Positions 17,839 through 27,696 are shown, numbered from the stretch's first letter. The stretch is 64,000 nucleotides of DNA from Nitrososphaerota archaeon (GCA_041641305.1 JBEPYN010000001.1:608001-672000); one strand, 5' to 3'. The notes: a model not told the origin generated them from the letters alone. Numbers and translations are program-made.

Positions 17839-17903
17839 CTGGCTACAGAGTAAAGTTGATGTTTTTAAGCGTTAAAATAGCCGTTGAAGAGAGTTTGGGC
17901 TGG

Positions 17904-18830
17904 TTGTTGCCGACTGTTGAGAGGGGCGATGTCTGCAGCGTCTGCCGCGAGGGCAGGGTTGTCTACTTTAGGGTGTATTCGGGGGAGAGACTTTGCAGGT
18001 CATGTTTTGTCAAGACTTTTGATAAGCGGGTTGTCCGAACTATCGGGCGCTATAAGCTGTTCAACCCTGATGATAGAATAGCTGTGGCTGTCTCAGGCGG
18101 CAAAGACAGCCTATCTCTCCTCTATGTCTTGAAAAAGATTGAGAAAAGGTTTCCACGCGCCAGTTTGTTGGCGGTTACGGTGGATGAGGGGATTGAGGGC
18201 TACCGTGACGAGGCTCTGGATTATGTTGAGGAGGTGACACGGATGCTTGAGGTGCCTCTTTACAAGACGAGTTTCGAGGAGCTGTTTGGAAAAAGCTTGT
18301 CTGAGATAGTTGCCTCTAAACAGTTTAGAGCGAGTGGATTGGCTGCCTGCAGCGTCTGCGGCCCGTTGAGGCGGCGGGCGATAAACATCGCCGCAAAGAG
18401 GGCGGGAGCGACTGTGATAGCGACGGCTCATACTTTGGACGATGTTGTGCAGACCTATTTTCTCAAGGCTTTCCGCGGAGAACTGGGTACATCCGAGATA
18501 GGGCTGAGGCTTGAAGGGCCTTTCATACCACGTGTAGCACCCTTCAGGCTCACGCCTGAGCGGGAGGTGGTCTTCTACGCATACCTCCACAACATACCTT
18601 TCCAGAGCCAGGTCTGCCCCAACGCTGCGGACAGCATGCGAAACATGATACGCAGGTTTCTCGCAGAGTTTGAAGAGAGATATCCGGGCGCGCTCTTCGC
18701 CGCACTCAAAAGCTTCGAAAAAACAACACCCCTCGGAAAGAAGATGCAGCGTGTCTGCAGCAACTGCGGCGAGCCCAGCAGTAGAATGCTTTGCCGCGTC
18801 TGCGAGCTAACACATTCCCTCATACACTAA
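17904..18830 (+). CDS. ncsA: tRNA 2-thiolation protein (TtuA/NcsA/Ctu1 family)
   Basis: N- and C-terminal Zn fingers, PP-loop SGGKDS, central CSVC, later CP; start set at TTG downstream of TTAAAAT. Confidence 0.9.
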   Translation: MLPTVERGDVCSVCREGRVVYFRVYSGERLCRSCFVKTFDKRVVRTIGRYKLFNPDDRIAVAVSGGKDSLSLLYVLKKIEKRFPRASLLAVTVDEGIEGYRDEALDYVEEVTRMLEVPLYKTSFEELFGKSLSEIVASKQFRASGLAACSVCGPLRRRAINIAAKRAGATVIATAHTLDDVVQTYFLKAFRGELGTSEIGLRLEGPFIPRVAPFRLTPEREVVFYAYLHNIPFQSQVCPNAADSMRNMIRRFLAEFEERYPGALFAALKSFEKTTPLGKKMQRVCSNCGEPSSRMLCRVCELTHSLIH

Positions 18831-18831
18831 G

Positions 18832-20007
18832 TCATATCTGGAAGAACCCGAAGGTCGCGTAGGTGAAGGAAATGTTTGCTATGACGAGTGCTATACATAG
18901 TAGAGCTGCGGCGTTGGCGATTACTTTTGCATGTCGGCCGTCTTTCACAAACTTCTCCAAAACAGCTCTGAGGACAAGGTTGCCGTCGAGCATGTAGATT
19001 GGCAGCATGTTGAAGACGGCTACGCCTATGGAGACGAGCTGAAGCCAGTAAAGTGTTCTATAGAAGCTGTAGGCGGAAAGCGGGTCCAGCCAAGTGATGC
19101 GGGAGGGGAAATATGTGTCAACCTGTGTGACACCGAGGCCTCTCAGTACACTGCCCAGCGTGAACTCCTTGCCTCTCGCGTCTGGGTTGGTGTTGAAAAC
19201 ATACTCGTCTGTGAGGGTTTTGACGCGGATGGTCTCTTTTATGACTATGTTTGTGCCGAGTGTGCCTCGGTTGACGGGAACATCTTCTACGGAGACGATT
19301 ATGTCGTTGACTTTGATGCGGGAGTTAGGCTCTACCTGAACTGCGATCAAACCTGCTTCCTGAGGAGAGAAGGCTCCGAACATCAGCATAAGCGCCAGCA
19401 GCCCGACGGCTATGTTTGCGAAGGAGCCTACCGCGGCAACTCTCATACGTGCTCCGGGGCTGGCTGACTTGAAAGCCTCCTCATCGGGTTCGACGAAGCC
19501 GCCGGGCACTATGAAGATCATGAAGATGCCGGCGGATTTTACGGGCAGGCCTTCTCTTCTGGCCGCTATGCCGTGCAACCCCTCATGGGTAATCAAAACT
19601 ATGGCGAATGCGAGGAACAGGTAGGGCAGGTTCTCGAGACGTATTGTCACTCCGATTATCAGGGGTATTACGATGTTTTGTCCACCGACTTGCTCCGGCC
19701 TGAACAGATATGTTGATAGATTTGTTGAAAGTATGTAGACTGCGAGAGCCATCAAGCCGAAGCCTGTAGCCACCGCAGCTCGTGACAGCGCGTCCCAGAA
19801 CCTCGGCAATTTCTCAGCCAAGATATCGAGTGGCTTCGTGATGCTGCGGCTTTTGATTATCAGAAAAAGCGGGTAAAGCGTGACCGATAGATTCGAAGCT
19901 GCTTCTCCACTCCCCCGCCGTCTCAAAAAAACCCTGTACACCATGAATGCTGCTACCCATCCGACAGCCAGCACAGCGAGGGCCTCGTAGATCGAAACCA
20001 TCGTCAC
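18832..20007 (-). CDS. Site-2 protease (M50 intramembrane metalloprotease) with degenerate PDZ-like insert
   Basis: HEGLHG, GGFVEPD, NMLPIYMLDG. Confidence 0.92.
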   Translation of the reverse strand: MTMVSIYEALAVLAVGWVAAFMVYRVFLRRRGSGEAASNLSVTLYPLFLIIKSRSITKPLDILAEKLPRFWDALSRAAVATGFGLMALAVYILSTNLSTYLFRPEQVGGQNIVIPLIIGVTIRLENLPYLFLAFAIVLITHEGLHGIAARREGLPVKSAGIFMIFIVPGGFVEPDEEAFKSASPGARMRVAAVGSFANIAVGLLALMLMFGAFSPQEAGLIAVQVEPNSRIKVNDIIVSVEDVPVNRGTLGTNIVIKETIRVKTLTDEYVFNTNPDARGKEFTLGSVLRGLGVTQVDTYFPSRITWLDPLSAYSFYRTLYWLQLVSIGVAVFNMLPIYMLDGNLVLRAVLEKFVKDGRHAKVIANAAALLCIALVIANISFTYATFGFFQI

Positions 20008-20079
20008 CCATGCGAAACCCGATAAAATATAGGTTTACGGCTGACGCGTATTTTTATAGCACAACATAGTTTACCGCAC

Positions 20080-20700
20080 ATGCCCTCGTCAAATGAGCAG
20101 AATTTGGTGGCGAGGAAAACCGTTCGAGCCACACTGAAGCTTGTGATGTATGCGGTTCTCTACGTGGCTGCGACGGCTGTTTTTCAGCTGCTGCTCTATG
20201 ATGTGCTTCCGAGATATGGGATTGTTCTCGGTGACTATGCCGTTTATGGACAGGTTCTTTTGGCGCTGGGTTTTGGATACTTGATTGTATCAAGCGTCAG
20301 CGCATTTGTATACTGGACCATGAGAGTTCATTATGACCATCCCGTCGCAGCCGCAGTTAGAAACTTAACCAGGATACTTGGGTTAGGTGCTTTGTTGGCC
20401 GGCATAGCTGGAGGAGTCGGTGGAGCGGCATCGGGCGTGGCCCTGGGAGGCTTCATCGGCATAGTGATTGGTTTCGCGTCTCAGCAGATTCTCGGACAAG
20501 CTCTTGCAGGGCTTTTCGTTCTCATGACACGGCCTTTCAAGATAGGCGACACCGTCAACATCGCTGGCGAGGAAGGCATGGTCGAGGACATCACAACCCT
20601 CTTCACAATAGTCGCGAAACCCGATGGCACAAAAACACTCATACCCAACAACGCAATCATCGGCGGAAAAATCCACATCAAACAAGCTCAACAGTTATAG
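20080..20700 (+). CDS. mscS: Small-conductance mechanosensitive channel (short MscS form)
   Basis: GFASQQILGQALAG, RPFKIGD, G.VEDI, IPN. Confidence 0.88.
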   Translation: MPSSNEQNLVARKTVRATLKLVMYAVLYVAATAVFQLLLYDVLPRYGIVLGDYAVYGQVLLALGFGYLIVSSVSAFVYWTMRVHYDHPVAAAVRNLTRILGLGALLAGIAGGVGGAASGVALGGFIGIVIGFASQQILGQALAGLFVLMTRPFKIGDTVNIAGEEGMVEDITTLFTIVAKPDGTKTLIPNNAIIGGKIHIKQAQQL

Positions 20701-20724
20701 AAAAGGAAAACACCTCTTGTCCAA

Positions 20725-21147
20725 ATGCCCCACTACATCAGATGCATACAGGAGGAGACGTGGCTGACAGAGTCGAGGTCGCTTACCACTTGGCGTGCGT
20801 TGGAGAAGCTGGCTAAACAGCTTATGCCCGACACCGTTATCCAACTTCCTCTAAAGCCAAAAACCTATACCCGTGAAGAGGCGGTGGCTTGGACAAACTT
20901 TTTCTTCAAAGTGAGAGACTACAAACCCAAGCCGCCGGTCGACGTTTCTGGTTATTATGTCGCGCCGCATGTGATTGATTTTGAGAAACTTGCCACGGCC
21001 TTGGGCACCACGGCCGAGGAGGCTGCGATAATTGTTAAAACTCTTGACAAGACACTGATGCTTGCCGCGGCGGAGGAGGCTCTTCAAGCTGTTTTGCACA
21101 GCAGCCAGTTTGGTCATTCTGTCGAGCTTGTTAAAGGCAGGGTTTAG
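20725..21147 (+). CDS. Hypothetical protein
   Basis: Clean 140-aa ORF with TATA-like TTATAG about 25 nt upstream. Confidence 0.7.
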   Translation: MPHYIRCIQEETWLTESRSLTTWRALEKLAKQLMPDTVIQLPLKPKTYTREEAVAWTNFFFKVRDYKPKPPVDVSGYYVAPHVIDFEKLATALGTTAEEAAIIVKTLDKTLMLAAAEEALQAVLHSSQFGHSVELVKGRV

Positions 21148-21686
21148 TCGTCGCCTTTTCTGAAGAGTTCGCCGAGGTCGAGCAGCAGAATTATGCCTTT
21201 CTCGGATGGAAATGGTTTTCCCTGTCCAAGGTCTTCCAAAGCGTCTTCAGCCCTGTTGGTCAACTCCTCGAAATCCTGTTTCTCCACTGGGATTAGGAAC
21301 ACCGAGAAACGCGGCGACTCCTCAATCTCCTTGAGATCCGAGTCAGTCACGGGGAAAACAACCCAAGTCAGCCTCCGAAGCCTGTGCATGGGAACCGCGA
21401 TAACCCAGAGGTCGAAACCCTCCCCCCGAAGAGGCGCCATCAAAGTAAACGAGGCAGATTCCTTGAAACCGCTCCAAAGCTCCATGTAAAACTCCGCCGG
21501 AACACCCACCATCAACAAATTTTTCCCCGGAAGGCCCGAGAACTCCTCAGCATCTATCTCTCCCAGCGCCGTAATAGTCCCGGGCAGAACCCTGTTTTCA
21601 TAGCCCTCATAAATTTTGAAAACCTCTTTGTAAGACTCAATCTTTGACAGAGAATCGAGCAACCTCTCTTCTTCGCCGTTTTTCAA
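21144..21686 (-). CDS. Hypothetical acidic protein
   Basis: 180-aa ORF with typical composition; stop overlaps that of the convergent gene. Confidence 0.65.
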   Translation of the reverse strand: MKNGEEERLLDSLSKIESYKEVFKIYEGYENRVLPGTITALGEIDAEEFSGLPGKNLLMVGVPAEFYMELWSGFKESASFTLMAPLRGEGFDLWVIAVPMHRLRRLTWVVFPVTDSDLKEIEESPRFSVFLIPVEKQDFEELTNRAEDALEDLGQGKPFPSEKGIILLLDLGELFRKGDD

Positions 21687-21813
21687 CGGCTAATGACTGT
21701 TCACCGTGTTATGAAAAGGTTTTCTTCAAATCTCTCGGGGAGGCTTTAGCTGCGGTATTACGCTCAGCCGCCGACCCTCTGGCTGCAGAGAGTATGGATG
21801 TGGTAGTTGTTGC

Positions 21814-23229
21814 TTAGGTTGCTTGTGTACGGGTTTGTTTTCCCAGCTTATATTCGTCGTGGATTGCTTTGACGGCTTCTGGGCCGTCGTTTTCCTTGAC
21901 GACGAAGCTGATGTTTAGCTCCGAGCTTCCCTGCGCTATCATTCTGATGTTTATTCCGCGGGATGCCACGGCTCCGAAGACCTTGCTCGCCACCCCGGGT
22001 GTGCCCTTCATGCCTTCGCCGACCACGGCAACCACCACCACATCCTCCTCAGGCTCGACTGCTGCGACAATGCGGGTTCCCAGCAGCGACTTCTCGATGG
22101 CTGTGACCGCTTTGTCGAGATGCCGACGCTTGATTATGAGCGATATGCTGGACTCGGATATGCTCTGCGAAATCATCATCACGTTGATTCCCGCGTGGTA
22201 AAGTGTTTCGAGAATCTTCGCGGCTGTTCCAGGCTCACCCACCATGCTGGGGCCCTTGACCGTGAGCATCGCTGTGTCGTTGACCAACAGCACCGCTTTA
22301 ACGGGTGAGCCTGTTTTCTCCGAGGTGTCGCATATCAAAGTCCCTTCAGCCGAGGGGTTGAACGTATTTCTTATCCGCACAGGTATTTGTGCAGCCATTA
22401 CAGGCTCGAGGGCCCTTGGATGGAGTCCCTTGGCTCCGAACAAAGCCATCTCAATAGCCTCGTTGTATGAAATTTTTCTTATGACGACGGCGTCGGGGAT
22501 GAGCTTGGGGTTGGCCGTCATCAGGCCGTCGACGTCGCTCCAGAGCCAGACCTCGTCGGCTGGCAGGCTGCTCGCCAGAATTGTTGCTGTGTAGTCTGAG
22601 CCGCCTCTTCCAAGAGTTGTCGTAACTCCTTCCTCGTTGGTTGCGATAAAGCCTGTGACGACCGGTGTTACCCCCTCGTCAAGCATTCTCCCTATTCTTC
22701 GCCTGATGTTCAGCCTCGTCACCTCGAGCAGCGGAGCAGCTTCTCCGAAGTTGGAGTCTGTGACTATGCCTGCCTCGCCGCCGTCGAGATACTGTGCCTT
22801 CACTCCGAGTGAGTTGAGCGCCCCAGCCATCACAAGCGTAGAGAATTTTTCTCCAAATGAGAGGACGTAGTCAGTGCTGCGCGGTGTTGCTTCTCGTAGA
22901 TACAGTATTCCGAGAACGGCTCTTCGGAGCTCTCTGAGCCATTGTTTCAGGGTCTCCCCTGTTTCCTCTCTAACCCGCTCATCTGTTACTGCATCAAGCA
23001 GCCCAAGATGGTGTTCCTCAATAGCGGAGAGCCTTTGCTCAACCTCTTCACCACGTCCGCGGCGGGCGGTTTCGACAAGCTGCAGCAGGTCGTCGGTTGT
23101 GTCGCCTGAAGCCGAGCAAACAGCCACGACCTCGTTCTTGTCGGTGTGTTGTTTGACGAGGGTTGCGCAGTGTTTTATCAGGTCGGCTGTCGCGAGAGAT
23201 GAACCTCCGAATTTCATCACAATCCTCAA
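21814..23229 (-). CDS. lysC: Aspartate kinase
   Basis: VMKFGGSS, SFGE, TLGRGGSDYTA, DVDG, two ACT domains. Confidence 0.96.
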   Translation of the reverse strand: MRIVMKFGGSSLATADLIKHCATLVKQHTDKNEVVAVCSASGDTTDDLLQLVETARRGRGEEVEQRLSAIEEHHLGLLDAVTDERVREETGETLKQWLRELRRAVLGILYLREATPRSTDYVLSFGEKFSTLVMAGALNSLGVKAQYLDGGEAGIVTDSNFGEAAPLLEVTRLNIRRRIGRMLDEGVTPVVTGFIATNEEGVTTTLGRGGSDYTATILASSLPADEVWLWSDVDGLMTANPKLIPDAVVIRKISYNEAIEMALFGAKGLHPRALEPVMAAQIPVRIRNTFNPSAEGTLICDTSEKTGSPVKAVLLVNDTAMLTVKGPSMVGEPGTAAKILETLYHAGINVMMISQSISESSISLIIKRRHLDKAVTAIEKSLLGTRIVAAVEPEEDVVVVAVVGEGMKGTPGVASKVFGAVASRGINIRMIAQGSSELNISFVVKENDGPEAVKAIHDEYKLGKQTRTQAT

Positions 23230-24251
23230 GCCTTTTCACCAGCCTCCGAGCGATACATCTTAATTGAAATGATGTCGCGGATGACAGCGGTCGCGGTCTC
23301 CACACCCCCCGCACCCTTCCCCGATATCACGTGGCTTCCCGAGTAAGCGGTTTTGAACCTGACAGCGTTCATGGCCATCTTAACGGCCAGTGGGTCTTTG
23401 GCGTCGATTTCCCGAGGCTTGACCTCCAGCACGCCCTGCCCCGCGTAGCCTATCAGCCGCATCGCTTTCCCCGTCACACGGGCTCTATTTACCTCTTGAG
23501 AGGATAAAGTATCTATACCCTCGACCTTGACATCGTTAATTGTTGCCTTCATGCCGAGCACCTCGTTGGCGAGGATTGTGATTTTACAGGCAGTGTCGAG
23601 GCCCTTGATGTCGAGGGTTGGGTCGGCCTCCGCATATCCCAGACGCTGAGCCTCGGCAAGCGCCTGCTTAAACTCGAGACCCTCTTCCTCCATTCTCGTC
23701 AGGATGTAGTTCGTGGTCCCGTTTAGTATACCCTCTATATGTTCAACCCTGTCCGCCTTGCTGCATTCCCTAGCGAAGGCGAGGACAGGCATGCCTCCGC
23801 CCACGGTTCCGCTGAATTTGAGCAGTATCCGCCGTCTGCTCGCCATCTCCTTCAGAGCAGGCATGTAGAGAGCTAGGGCGCCTTTGCTGACTGTGACAAC
23901 ATCCATACCGTTGAGAATGGCTTTGCGGATAATGCTGTAGCTCGGCTCGCCGTCGACTATGTTTGTTGGGGTTGCGTCGACGAGCACATCTGCCTCAGCA
24001 TCCTCTAACGCGTCGAAAATGTTGTTGAAGGTTTTGGCGTCGGCGACATGTGTTACTCCCCCTTTCTTCTTCGCTTCCAGCAACTCTTCGGAGCTGAAGC
24101 CAGTTGGCCTATGCACCGCTCCGCTGCGGTCCGCCGCGTAAACCACTCTCACACCCAGCCCATACCGGGCGACCAGCTCATACCTGTTAGCCGCTATGAG
24201 TTTGAGAAGGCTTTGACCCACGACGCCCAAGCCAACCAGAGCTATCCTCAA
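23226..24251 (-). CDS. hom: Homoserine dehydrogenase
   Basis: GLGVVG, TVGGGMP, GILNGTTNYIL, GYAEADP, GAGG.ETA. Confidence 0.96.
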   Translation of the reverse strand: MRIALVGLGVVGQSLLKLIAANRYELVARYGLGVRVVYAADRSGAVHRPTGFSSEELLEAKKKGGVTHVADAKTFNNIFDALEDAEADVLVDATPTNIVDGEPSYSIIRKAILNGMDVVTVSKGALALYMPALKEMASRRRILLKFSGTVGGGMPVLAFARECSKADRVEHIEGILNGTTNYILTRMEEEGLEFKQALAEAQRLGYAEADPTLDIKGLDTACKITILANEVLGMKATINDVKVEGIDTLSSQEVNRARVTGKAMRLIGYAGQGVLEVKPREIDAKDPLAVKMAMNAVRFKTAYSGSHVISGKGAGGVETATAVIRDIISIKMYRSEAGEKA

Positions 24252-24416
24252 ACCATAGTCGAGCAGCTACGGGGCCTAAAATACCTCTCAACACTATACA
24301 TTTTCCACAGTTTAGCCGTAACTGGAAAAGGGTTGGGTTAGTGGATTGATGCGATACCCACCCGCCTTGTGGCTATTCTTGCAGAAACCTGCCTGTGTTG
24401 AGACGGGTAAACAGGG

Positions 24417-24821
24417 CTATACCTTCTTGAGGTTATTGACTAAGACAACCAGCCCTATTATCGCTATGATAAGGCCTGCCACTGTGGCGAATGTGATGCT
24501 GAGAAACGGGTAAACGGGGAAGAATATCGGCGCATTACCCATTAGACCCATGCCGATCAGAAGGAGAATAAGCCCAACAACAATCGGCCCCACTCTCGAC
24601 ATGTCAACCGTGGGTGAAACAAGCGAGACACCGCCACGGCGAGGAATCAACAGAGCGGCAAACGTGTAGAGAACAACCATCACGGGAGGCGAGACAATTA
24701 AGAGAATGACGCCGACAAGGCGGAGCAGGTTTGGGTCAACGTTGAGATACTCTCCCAAACCGCCGAAGACACCTGCCAAAACCCTCCTAGAATCGCTTCT
24801 CTCCAACGCTTTTGCGGACAA
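24417..24821 (-). CDS. pspC: PspC-domain membrane protein
   Basis: LERSDSRRVLAGVFGGLGEYLNVDPNLLRL followed by TMs. Confidence 0.9.
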   Translation of the reverse strand: MSAKALERSDSRRVLAGVFGGLGEYLNVDPNLLRLVGVILLIVSPPVMVVLYTFAALLIPRRGGVSLVSPTVDMSRVGPIVVGLILLLIGMGLMGNAPIFFPVYPFLSITFATVAGLIIAIIGLVVLVNNLKKV

Positions 24822-24899
24822 TCCTGCAAGTCATCGATGTTACCGTATTAAAGTGTTTAATTGCTTAAATATTCGGCCACAATTCTACGCAGCCGGGAT

Positions 24900-26621
24900 A
24901 TGGTGCAGGTGGTTCTGACCTTTGACCCCTCGCTGGGTCATAGGTTTCATGACTTTCCGCTGCTGAGCTTCCTGCCATGCGCCCCTGTCAAGTTCATCCC
25001 TTCACCTATTTACCACTATCTAAGCCTCCCAGATGTGCCGTTTGACGAGGCTGGACGCGCGCTGCTGGCACCATACGCCATCAGAAAAATAGAGGCCTGT
25101 CTGGTGAAGAAGTCGAAGCTACAGGTTGTCGTGGCTCATCCGAAGCTTGTCTCAAGGTTCATAGGCCCTGACACAAAAATCATCGGCGTCAACACCATGG
25201 ACCCCCTCGGCCTCGGTCCTCTAACCCTGATGTTCAACAACGCTGGACGTGAGAAGTCATGGGTCACGAAAGAGTTTGAGGACCTGATGCATCGTATACA
25301 TGTAGCGAAAAAGAACACGGGGAGCAGGGCTAAGGTTTTGGTCGGCGGCTCTGGCGAATGGGAGTTTGAGCACAGGCCCGAGATGATTGAGAAACTTGGA
25401 ATAGACCATGTGGTGCAGGGTGAGATGGATGACGTTGTTCATCTATTGTTTGAGCAGCTGATAGAGGATAGCCTCGACCACAGCATCTTCATGTATGGAC
25501 ATAAGACAACTACCTTCGACGCCCACGGCAGACCCTTCATACGCTACGTCAAAGACGATGCAGGCAGGTTCATCTGCAGAAACCCGGCGTCCCGATACCG
25601 TCTCCCAAAAATCGAGGACATCCCAACCATCGTTAACCCGGCGATAAGCGGCCAAGCGGAGATAATGCGCGGCTGCGGGATTGACTGCGACTTCTGCGAG
25701 GTCACTACAAGGCCTCTCCGCTACTATCCGCCTGAGAAGGTTGTTGAAGAGGTTTTGGTCAATCTACGGGGTGGGATAAACAACGCTTGGTTTGTGACGG
25801 ATAATCAGTGGGCCTACATGGTCCGCGACCCCATGTTCTGGCCCAACAAGGAGGCGATTTTCCGGCTCTACAGGGCTGTGATGCATCATGTCTCAAAGGC
25901 TAACCCTATGCATGCAACGCTCGCCCCCGTAGCAGCAGACCCTGAAGCAGCGATGGGAGTGGCTAAAATCGTTGGAGCGGGGCCGGACAAGCACATCGGT
26001 GTACAGATAGGGCTTGAGACAGGCAGCGACAAACTCGTTCTCAAACACATGGTCAACAAGGCTAAGCCCTTGAAGGTTGGTGTGGATGGAACATGGGCCG
26101 AAATCGTGGTCGAGGCCCAGAAGATATACAACGCCGCCTACTGGATACCGGCGTACACCATCATCCTGGGACAGGAGGGTGAAACGGATGAAGACAGCTG
26201 GGACACCATCGGCCTCATCAACTACATGGCTTCGCTGAACCTCTACTTCACCGTAACACCCATGGCTCTAGTCAACCTCGGAAGCCTCCGAGGCACAAAC
26301 GTTTTGACAGATGTTTACGCAAACCTCACACCGGCTCAGGCAGCACTAATCTACATCTGCTGGCGAAACACAAAACGTATGGCCCAGTCGGTCGCCTTCA
26401 AAATCGCCAAGGACAACTTCCTCTTCCGCATCCTAACAACAAGCATACTGAACGTGGGCGCAAACTTCTGGCTCGACAGGCTAGAAAAATATTTCGCAAG
26501 GCTGGGTAAAGAGTATGAAAGGGCTATTGACAAGGCGAAAAACTATGTACACATCAAGACCATGGGAACAGATTTCAACAAGCTGCGGCAGATGTATAAG
26601 GCTATGAAAGTCTCCGTCTGA
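24900..26621 (+). CDS. grs: B12-binding-like radical SAM enzyme of the GDGT ring synthase (GrsA/GrsB) family
   Basis: CGIDCDFC; GRALLAPYAIRKIEACL, DPLGLGP, KVLVGGSG.W, PKIEDIP.IVNPA, Q.GLETGS match recalled Grs blocks. Confidence 0.72.
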   Translation: MVQVVLTFDPSLGHRFHDFPLLSFLPCAPVKFIPSPIYHYLSLPDVPFDEAGRALLAPYAIRKIEACLVKKSKLQVVVAHPKLVSRFIGPDTKIIGVNTMDPLGLGPLTLMFNNAGREKSWVTKEFEDLMHRIHVAKKNTGSRAKVLVGGSGEWEFEHRPEMIEKLGIDHVVQGEMDDVVHLLFEQLIEDSLDHSIFMYGHKTTTFDAHGRPFIRYVKDDAGRFICRNPASRYRLPKIEDIPTIVNPAISGQAEIMRGCGIDCDFCEVTTRPLRYYPPEKVVEEVLVNLRGGINNAWFVTDNQWAYMVRDPMFWPNKEAIFRLYRAVMHHVSKANPMHATLAPVAADPEAAMGVAKIVGAGPDKHIGVQIGLETGSDKLVLKHMVNKAKPLKVGVDGTWAEIVVEAQKIYNAAYWIPAYTIILGQEGETDEDSWDTIGLINYMASLNLYFTVTPMALVNLGSLRGTNVLTDVYANLTPAQAALIYICWRNTKRMAQSVAFKIAKDNFLFRILTTSILNVGANFWLDRLEKYFARLGKEYERAIDKAKNYVHIKTMGTDFNKLRQMYKAMKVSV

Positions 26622-26853
26622 TGGCCAAGGACACAGCAGCAAACACGGCGAATGCGGTGACAAGGGAGCCTAACCCGATGTAGACAAACAGCTGCGCATC
26701 ACCCGTCTCAGCCCGCTGCACCCTTGCCTCAGGTGTCGCCGCCAAAGCCTGAACCTCATTCTTCAAAGAGGTTTCCGCGAGAAAGACCCCTGTAAACAGT
26801 GTCGCGGCGACTACAACCCCCAGGACCTGAGGCAGAAGCTTTCTCAACAACAT
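26602..26853 (-). CDS. Small two-TM membrane protein
   Basis: Hydrophobic N- and C-terminal helices, basic tail RRR. Confidence 0.65.
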   Translation of the reverse strand: MLLRKLLPQVLGVVVAATLFTGVFLAETSLKNEVQALAATPEARVQRAETGDAQLFVYIGLGSLVTAFAVFAAVSLAIRRRLS

Positions 26854-26886
26854 CCATACATCATCTCCTGTTCATAAGTCCAGAGA

Positions 26887-27312
26887 TTAGAACGGTTTTT
26901 TACGCCATGTTCGCAGGGCTTCGTAGAGGGATGTGGCGGATGCTGCTGCTCCGAGGGTCATGGCGTAGAGGTCCGGGGACTCGGGATGCGTCAAGATGTA
27001 GAGGAGTGTGAATGTTATGAAGAGTGTTGCATAGAAGGCCATGCGTGGGAGCAGCCTGCCGCCTACGAGTATGAATGACTGTAGAACGGAGATATCGACT
27101 TTTTCAACCGCCCGGTATGCGCCTTTTTCATCCTTTTCCAACACACCGAGGGCGTGAAGCTTCTCGAGATGGTGGAACGCAACACTGGGGCTTGACAACC
27201 CGAGTCCACGTTGAACATCCCTGACGCCAACAGGCCGACCAGCCTTCAATACATAGATGTAGATGTCAAACGTCCTACCTCTCAGCTCGGCTTCAACCCT
27301 TCTACGGTCCAT
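26887..27312 (-). CDS. Membrane-anchored winged-helix transcription regulator
   Basis: GVRDVQRGLGLSSPSVAFHHLEKL wHTH followed by two C-terminal TMs. Confidence 0.85.
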   Translation of the reverse strand: MDRRRVEAELRGRTFDIYIYVLKAGRPVGVRDVQRGLGLSSPSVAFHHLEKLHALGVLEKDEKGAYRAVEKVDISVLQSFILVGGRLLPRMAFYATLFITFTLLYILTHPESPDLYAMTLGAAASATSLYEALRTWRKKPF

Positions 27313-27372
27313 AAACAGCCTCCATCACACAACGTAACCACTATTAAAAAGGTGTTAGTTACCTGATGCGGG

Positions 27373-27591
27373 TTGAATATTGGGAAAATGCTCGGCTACC
27401 TGCTCATGTTTCTGGCCGTCGGCGGAGCTATATTATATGCTCTCTGGCTTCTCGGCGCTATTCCTTTTCTCGACCCAGAGGCCGCGGTCAAGACCACAGC
27501 CCTATTGGTCATGTTGTTTCTTTTCCTTGTCATAGGCTTCATAGGCTACGTCGCCGCCACAACAAAGCCGCCCAAGCCGATCAAACGTTAA
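27373..27591 (+). CDS. Small conserved archaeal two-TM protein (ATTxPPKPI tail)
   Basis: Two TMs then GFIGYVAATTKPPKPI. Confidence 0.7.
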   Translation: MNIGKMLGYLLMFLAVGGAILYALWLLGAIPFLDPEAAVKTTALLVMLFLFLVIGFIGYVAATTKPPKPIKR

Positions 27592-27624
27592 AATCAAAAG
27601 CAGGCATGCAGTTTAATTTGCTGG

Positions 27625-27696
27625 GCCGGGGTGGCCGAGCAGCGAGGCGGCGGCCTGCAGAGCCGCTCTACAGGGGTGCAAATCCCCTCCCCGGCT
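27625..27696 (+). tRNA. tRNA-Cys(GCA), no intron, CCA not encoded
   Basis: GCCGGGG/CCCCGGC acceptor, U73, anticodon arm GCGGC-CTGCAGA-GCCGC, T-arm AGGGG-TGCAAAT-CCCCT. Confidence 0.93.
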
